Shown here piece by piece: positions 59,525 to 64,000 of a stretch of 64,000 bases of DNA. The first letter of the stretch is position 1. Every line of letters begins with the position of its first letter. Made by a program: the position numbers and the translations under genes. Source of the stretch: Takakia lepidozioides (lineage: Eukaryota; Plantae; Bryophyta); the NCBI GenBank assembly GCA_030704615.1, contig CM060731.1, forward strand, positions 27,156,001 through 27,220,000. Reading direction: 5' to 3'. Under the pieces are notes generated by a model that saw nothing but the letters and a program-made list of their open reading frames with translations, ran no database searches and was not told the DNA's origin.

Positions 59525-62500
59525 ATGAAGAGAGTGAGAGGAATGGAGGAAATCAGGGTGAAGAGCACCACAATTCTGCAGAAACAAACGATGGCTACCC
59601 CACAGGCGATAAAGATACTGAAGGAGCTGAGATTGGAAGGATTGCAAAGCAGGATTGGACACTACACCATAGACAGTACATGTTACAATTTTTGCAGAAC
59701 TTTGAGCCAAAGACAGGAACAACAACGGTGAAGGGAGTTGAATTAATGATTACTCCCCTATACCTCCAGCAATTGTTTCGATTGCCAGCAGGTCATGTGT
59801 ATGTGGAGGAACACAGGGAAGACTGCAAATAGGGGATTATTCCAAGAAGGGAGTTTCTTTAAAACTCAGGGTTATGCTTGTACCAAAGCTGTGTACCCAG
59901 GGTTAAAAGACATAGGCCAAGTATTGAACGTTCTGATTGCCCTGAAACAGAACCAACAATATTTGAGCAGATCCTTCACAGAGGAAATCCTCAAAGCTTG
60001 AAGGGACAAGAGGTACAATGGGCGGACATAATGTACAACGCACTGGTAGAGGAGATGAAAAGATTACAAGGTACTACCGCAAAATCTCCTATCATAGTGT
60101 CTGGCCCAATCATTGCTCAAATAATCCTTAGTTCTGGCATACTTAATGCACAAGAAAGGAAGGAAATGGAGTGTTTGAGCCAGAAACAACTGCAATGGAA
60201 GAGCAAGGCTCTTCACACAGTGAGGGTGGACTAGCAGCACAACCCGAGACTAAGAGGCAGAGAAGGGGAAAGACTGTAGTGGCGGATCCACTGGCTTCAC
60301 GGATTCCGCATGATAATGTTTCCCAAGCTCATGACCAGGAAGGGGCACAGCAGCACAAAAGAATGTTATTACTGGAAGCAGGACCTTCAGAGAGGGAGGA
60401 AGAAGTTACTTCTGCATCACAGCCAACACAGCCACTTGAACGACTTGTCACAAGGTCACAAGTTATCCATGCAGCTCAACCCGAAATAATTGATTTGGAA
60501 AGTGAAGGGATAGATATTCCAACTACAGAACAGATAGTGGCAGAAATAGAGAAAGGGGACCTTCTCTATGAATATTCTGGTCTGGTCAAGGAGACAGAAA
60601 TCCCAGAGGTGCAACAGTTGCCCAAGGAAATCCTGAGGTGCATATAATGCACACACCTGTGTTGGAGGTACCACAGGCGGAAGGTCATGACACTGTAGCA
60701 CCGGTCATAGATGAAGTAGTTCAGGAAGAAAATCCGGTGGGACAATGGCCTGAATGGTTAGTGAGACATCATACTGTTGAAGATCGGGAGGAACAGCAGC
60801 AACCTCACCATGATGACCCTCAACAGGCAATGCTGATGAGTTCCATAGGCAGGACACTTAATTTGTTGGGGACTTATGTCAAATCCCATGTTCCAATTAC
60901 CCAATTGACAGCCTTGAAAGAAGAACTCAGGAAGGAGTTTGAGGCTCGACTTGCCACTGAGTGTGCAAACAAGGTCGATGAAGAGGTCACTCTCAAGATG
61001 AAGCAGGACTTGGCCAATACAGAAATGGCTTTGCAATTGGCCAAGCAACAATTGATTGAGGCAGGCCTCGCGCAAGACCAGTTGCACGAAGCACATAAGC
61101 AACAGCTATACCAAATGCAGGTGCAGCATGAAAGCAAGTTGCAAGAACTGAATGCACTACATACGGAGTTGCAGACAGTGCATAACAGGATGGCGATACA
61201 ATGCGCTACATTTACAACTATGCTTGACCAATCAACAAAAGAAATAAACAGTCAAGCGGAAAAATGTACGAAGGCAGAAGAAGAGAATGTGGAGCAAATG
61301 AAGCTCATTGTCGATATGAAGAATACAATCTGTCGCAATGAAGATACTTTCAAGCAATACAGGCAGATGGAAGCTGAGAAGAGAAAATACATCGTGGAGT
61401 TGCAACAACCATCGTGGCCAATAGAAATGAAATCGCGGTCAGTAACAAGGCTTCGAAGGAAGCCAATAATCTACTTGCTGCCTATGCGCAATTGGTTGAG
61501 CCACAGGCGAAGCGCATGGAGGCTTTACAACAGCAGTTGGAATTGTAGAAAGAGAAGAGCAAACTCTCAGGGGAACCACAAGCAGCTTGGTGGATAACAG
61601 CCTTATGCAGGTCTGGTTAGCACAAGGGCCAGTAGAGGGCAAAGCCCACGGAAGCTCACCCAAAGCGAGATGAATGAGCTCAGACTGCAGGTGCAGAACA
61701 TTGCCACAACTACTATAGACAATGTCTATAGTAGGATAGCAGAGTTACAAGAGGATGTAGACGGACTCCAGACTCAAGTGGAAGACCTCACTTCAAACAT
61801 CGACCAAAGAGTCTATATCCCTCAGGAACAGCTAATGGCTTCTTATTTACAAGCCAGAACTCTGGCTTTTCAGTCTTCACAGGAGGTGCAGGAGATGCCA
61901 ATGATACAGGAACCAGTACCACCACCACCACAACAGGTCAGTGTACCAGTAGCTGAACCTGTGGTTACTACAACCACACCACAGCCACCACAGCCGGAGG
62001 TATGGGGCAATGCAGCTTTTAACCCACCTAAAACTCCAGCTGCCAGGGAGTACAGTAGGGCTATGATTATGCCCTTCAACCAAATTCCCATCATGTTGGA
62101 TTTGGCTTGGAAAGAATTTAGTCCTCCGCAGTCATTCGCACATTACTACCAAATCATGCGTATTTGGCTGCCAGTGGCAACCAGGACTAAAGTTCTTCCA
62201 AACAATCGACATATTGAAGATCATCACTTTGCACAATACTGGCACGAGGCAGGTACCATGTTGAGGGAATTGGTTGCTTTCCAGGTTGTACATGGACTCA
62301 TTTATACCAAGACCAAGGAGATAGCAAGTATTGTCATGGGGTGCGGGCTATACTACGCTGCTTGTTTTCTGATACGTTACCACATAGAGCAACAAAAGAT
62401 GCAAGCACGCTTTCAAAGTTACTCCAGTGGAGATCATTGGGTATTACCTTCGGTGCCACCTCATATGTACCTATATGACCCAAAAGTTATGATGCAGAAG

Positions 62501-63068
62501 GATTCTCAAATTCGTTCATGGTTTCAAGCAGCCTGCAACAATTTGTCAACACAGAAATTCGGACTTGATGACATTTTCTATAAGGGACATATGGCATGGA
62601 AATACTTGCACGCTGCACCAGTAATTGGTACCCCACTCATCTGGACAGACAAGGAGCTCAGTGTCTACACCAATTTTGCTGTTCAACGGTTACACCAGGT
62701 TGTAAAATGCAAACTTCCAGACATGGTAGGACAGCATTGTATGCCCCAGATGATTCCACAAAAAGTTCGAAAATTAAAACACCTGAGAGGCGATGAGGAT
62801 TCTGATACAACTGTTTCTTCACAAAATTCTTTTGACACTGGGAGAAGACTATGGCAATTCAGATGGAAGAGAAGAAACAAAGGGGTCTCCTATGCCGGAA
62901 AAGATTTACCTCGATATCAAGCCTCCAGAAGGCCTCACTTATCCAGGTAGTGATCAACCATCTCCATCAACCAGAGACAGACCTCGGGCTCGTACACACA
63001 GCCCACCACGAAACTCTCAACGTCAACAAGGTGCTCACTCACAAAGGTTTGCTACTCGGAAACAGTAA
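59525..63068 (+). CDS. Element B long 3' accessory ORF (Athila-ORF-like N-terminus, coiled coil, conserved C-terminal domain), frameshifted
   Basis: Consecutive sense ORFs spanning ~3.5 kb; FLQNF..TVKGVELMITP..LFRLP and VQWADIMYNAL motifs; heptad-rich middle region. Confidence 0.75.
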
Positions 63069-63106
63069 ACCGTGAGGACACGGCTTTTTGAGGGGGGAAG
63101 GGGTAA

Positions 63107-64000
63107 TGTTAGAGGACTGTAGGGGACTTAGACACTTATACGGGATCTGTAGGGTACCCTTAATTTTTGCACAGACTGAGACAAACAGGAACCTTAGGGG
63201 TGACAGCAGCGCACTGTAGAGGGGGGTTACATAGCCCACACAGCCGTCACAGCCCACACAGCCCACACAGCCCGTCACAGTCGTCACAGCCCACACAGCC
63301 CACACAGCCCACACAGCCCGTCACAGTCGTCACAGCAGACACAGCCCACACAGCCAGTCACAGCCCGGCACAGCCACACAGCCAGTCACAGCCCGACACA
63401 GCCAAACACAGCCAGTCACCGCTTGACACAGCTGTCACGATAATAGGGAACGAAGAGTAGGACAGGGAACGACTGTGGGGAACAACACCTGTGAAGGGAA
63501 CATGTTAGTTCACATACGACGGTTAGAGAGGGAAACGGTTAGAACCGCGGATAGGAGGATAAAGGGAAGAACGGGGAATGATGAGGGGATCATTATTCGG
63601 GGAGGACTTCGGAGTCAGGCGGGAGCGGAGATCGGAGAGCACGATGAAGGAGAAAAGAGGATTAGTAGATGCTTGTTATATGCAAAGCTATAGTGATATA
63701 GGAAAGAAGAATAGAGACATAATGGCTTCGGCCTGATACCTGATAAATCATAATCTGATACTTATACGATACAATCACACTGTGTAGAGAGATCTGAGTG
63801 AAGCTGTGGATTGAATGGATTAGTGGAGGGAACCGATAGATCGATGAAGCAAACTGATACTTAATTATCAATGGTAAGGTAGCTAAGATGAATGCGGAAA
63901 GGGAAACAAATAGGAAACACCCCCATGATACACTAGCTGTAGGTCATGACTGATTGTTCTGCGCGGGCTGAGTACTTAGAGATTTCCAACTCTTCTATCT
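63107..64000 (+). repeat. Element B 3' LTR (truncated by window)
   Basis: Preceded by PPT GAGGGGGGAAGGGG; matches 50830-51793. Confidence 0.95.

Larger units (their letters stand above)
50830..64000 (+). mobile_element. Ty3/gypsy non-chromovirus (Athila/Phygy/Selgy-like) LTR retrotransposon, element B, ~13.2 kb, young
   Basis: 5' LTR 50830-51846, PBS 51849, gag-PR-RT-RH-INT order, no chromodomain or archaeal-type RNase H seen, PPT 63090-63103, 3' LTR from 63107 running off the window. Confidence 0.95.

Noticed and set aside
59525-63068. True retroviral envelope gene
   Set aside because: No evident signal peptide or clear transmembrane anchor; the protein looks soluble and coiled-coil.

Overview
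Eukaryotic nuclear DNA, most likely from a non-seed land plant (inferred from the TE repertoire plus a four-domain-type cation channel gene). The only clear host gene is on the + strand: 16 phase-compatible GT-AG exons (19692-47586, 872 codons) encoding the N-terminus and repeats I and II of a Cav/Nav/NALCN/Cch1-type voltage-gated channel. It continues past the window end and its introns are packed with TEs. The TEs are: a decayed hAT with nested insertions; a near full-length L1-type LINE; two MULE-like elements with palindromic arrays; RNase H + restriction-like-endonuclease (Dualen/RandI-like) non-LTR copies ending in a highly structured 3' RNA; tRNA-derived SINEs; MITEs; and two divergent non-chromovirus Ty3/gypsy LTR elements. 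The two gypsy elements share two accessory proteins I cannot assign, one directly after the PBS and one at the C-terminus of a very long 3' ORF. One element is very young (near-identical LTRs, CACAGCC arrays). The other is internally deleted, and its 5' LTR is split by a 3.35 kb inversion, as shown by the TSD. All alignments were done by eye; no database searches were run.
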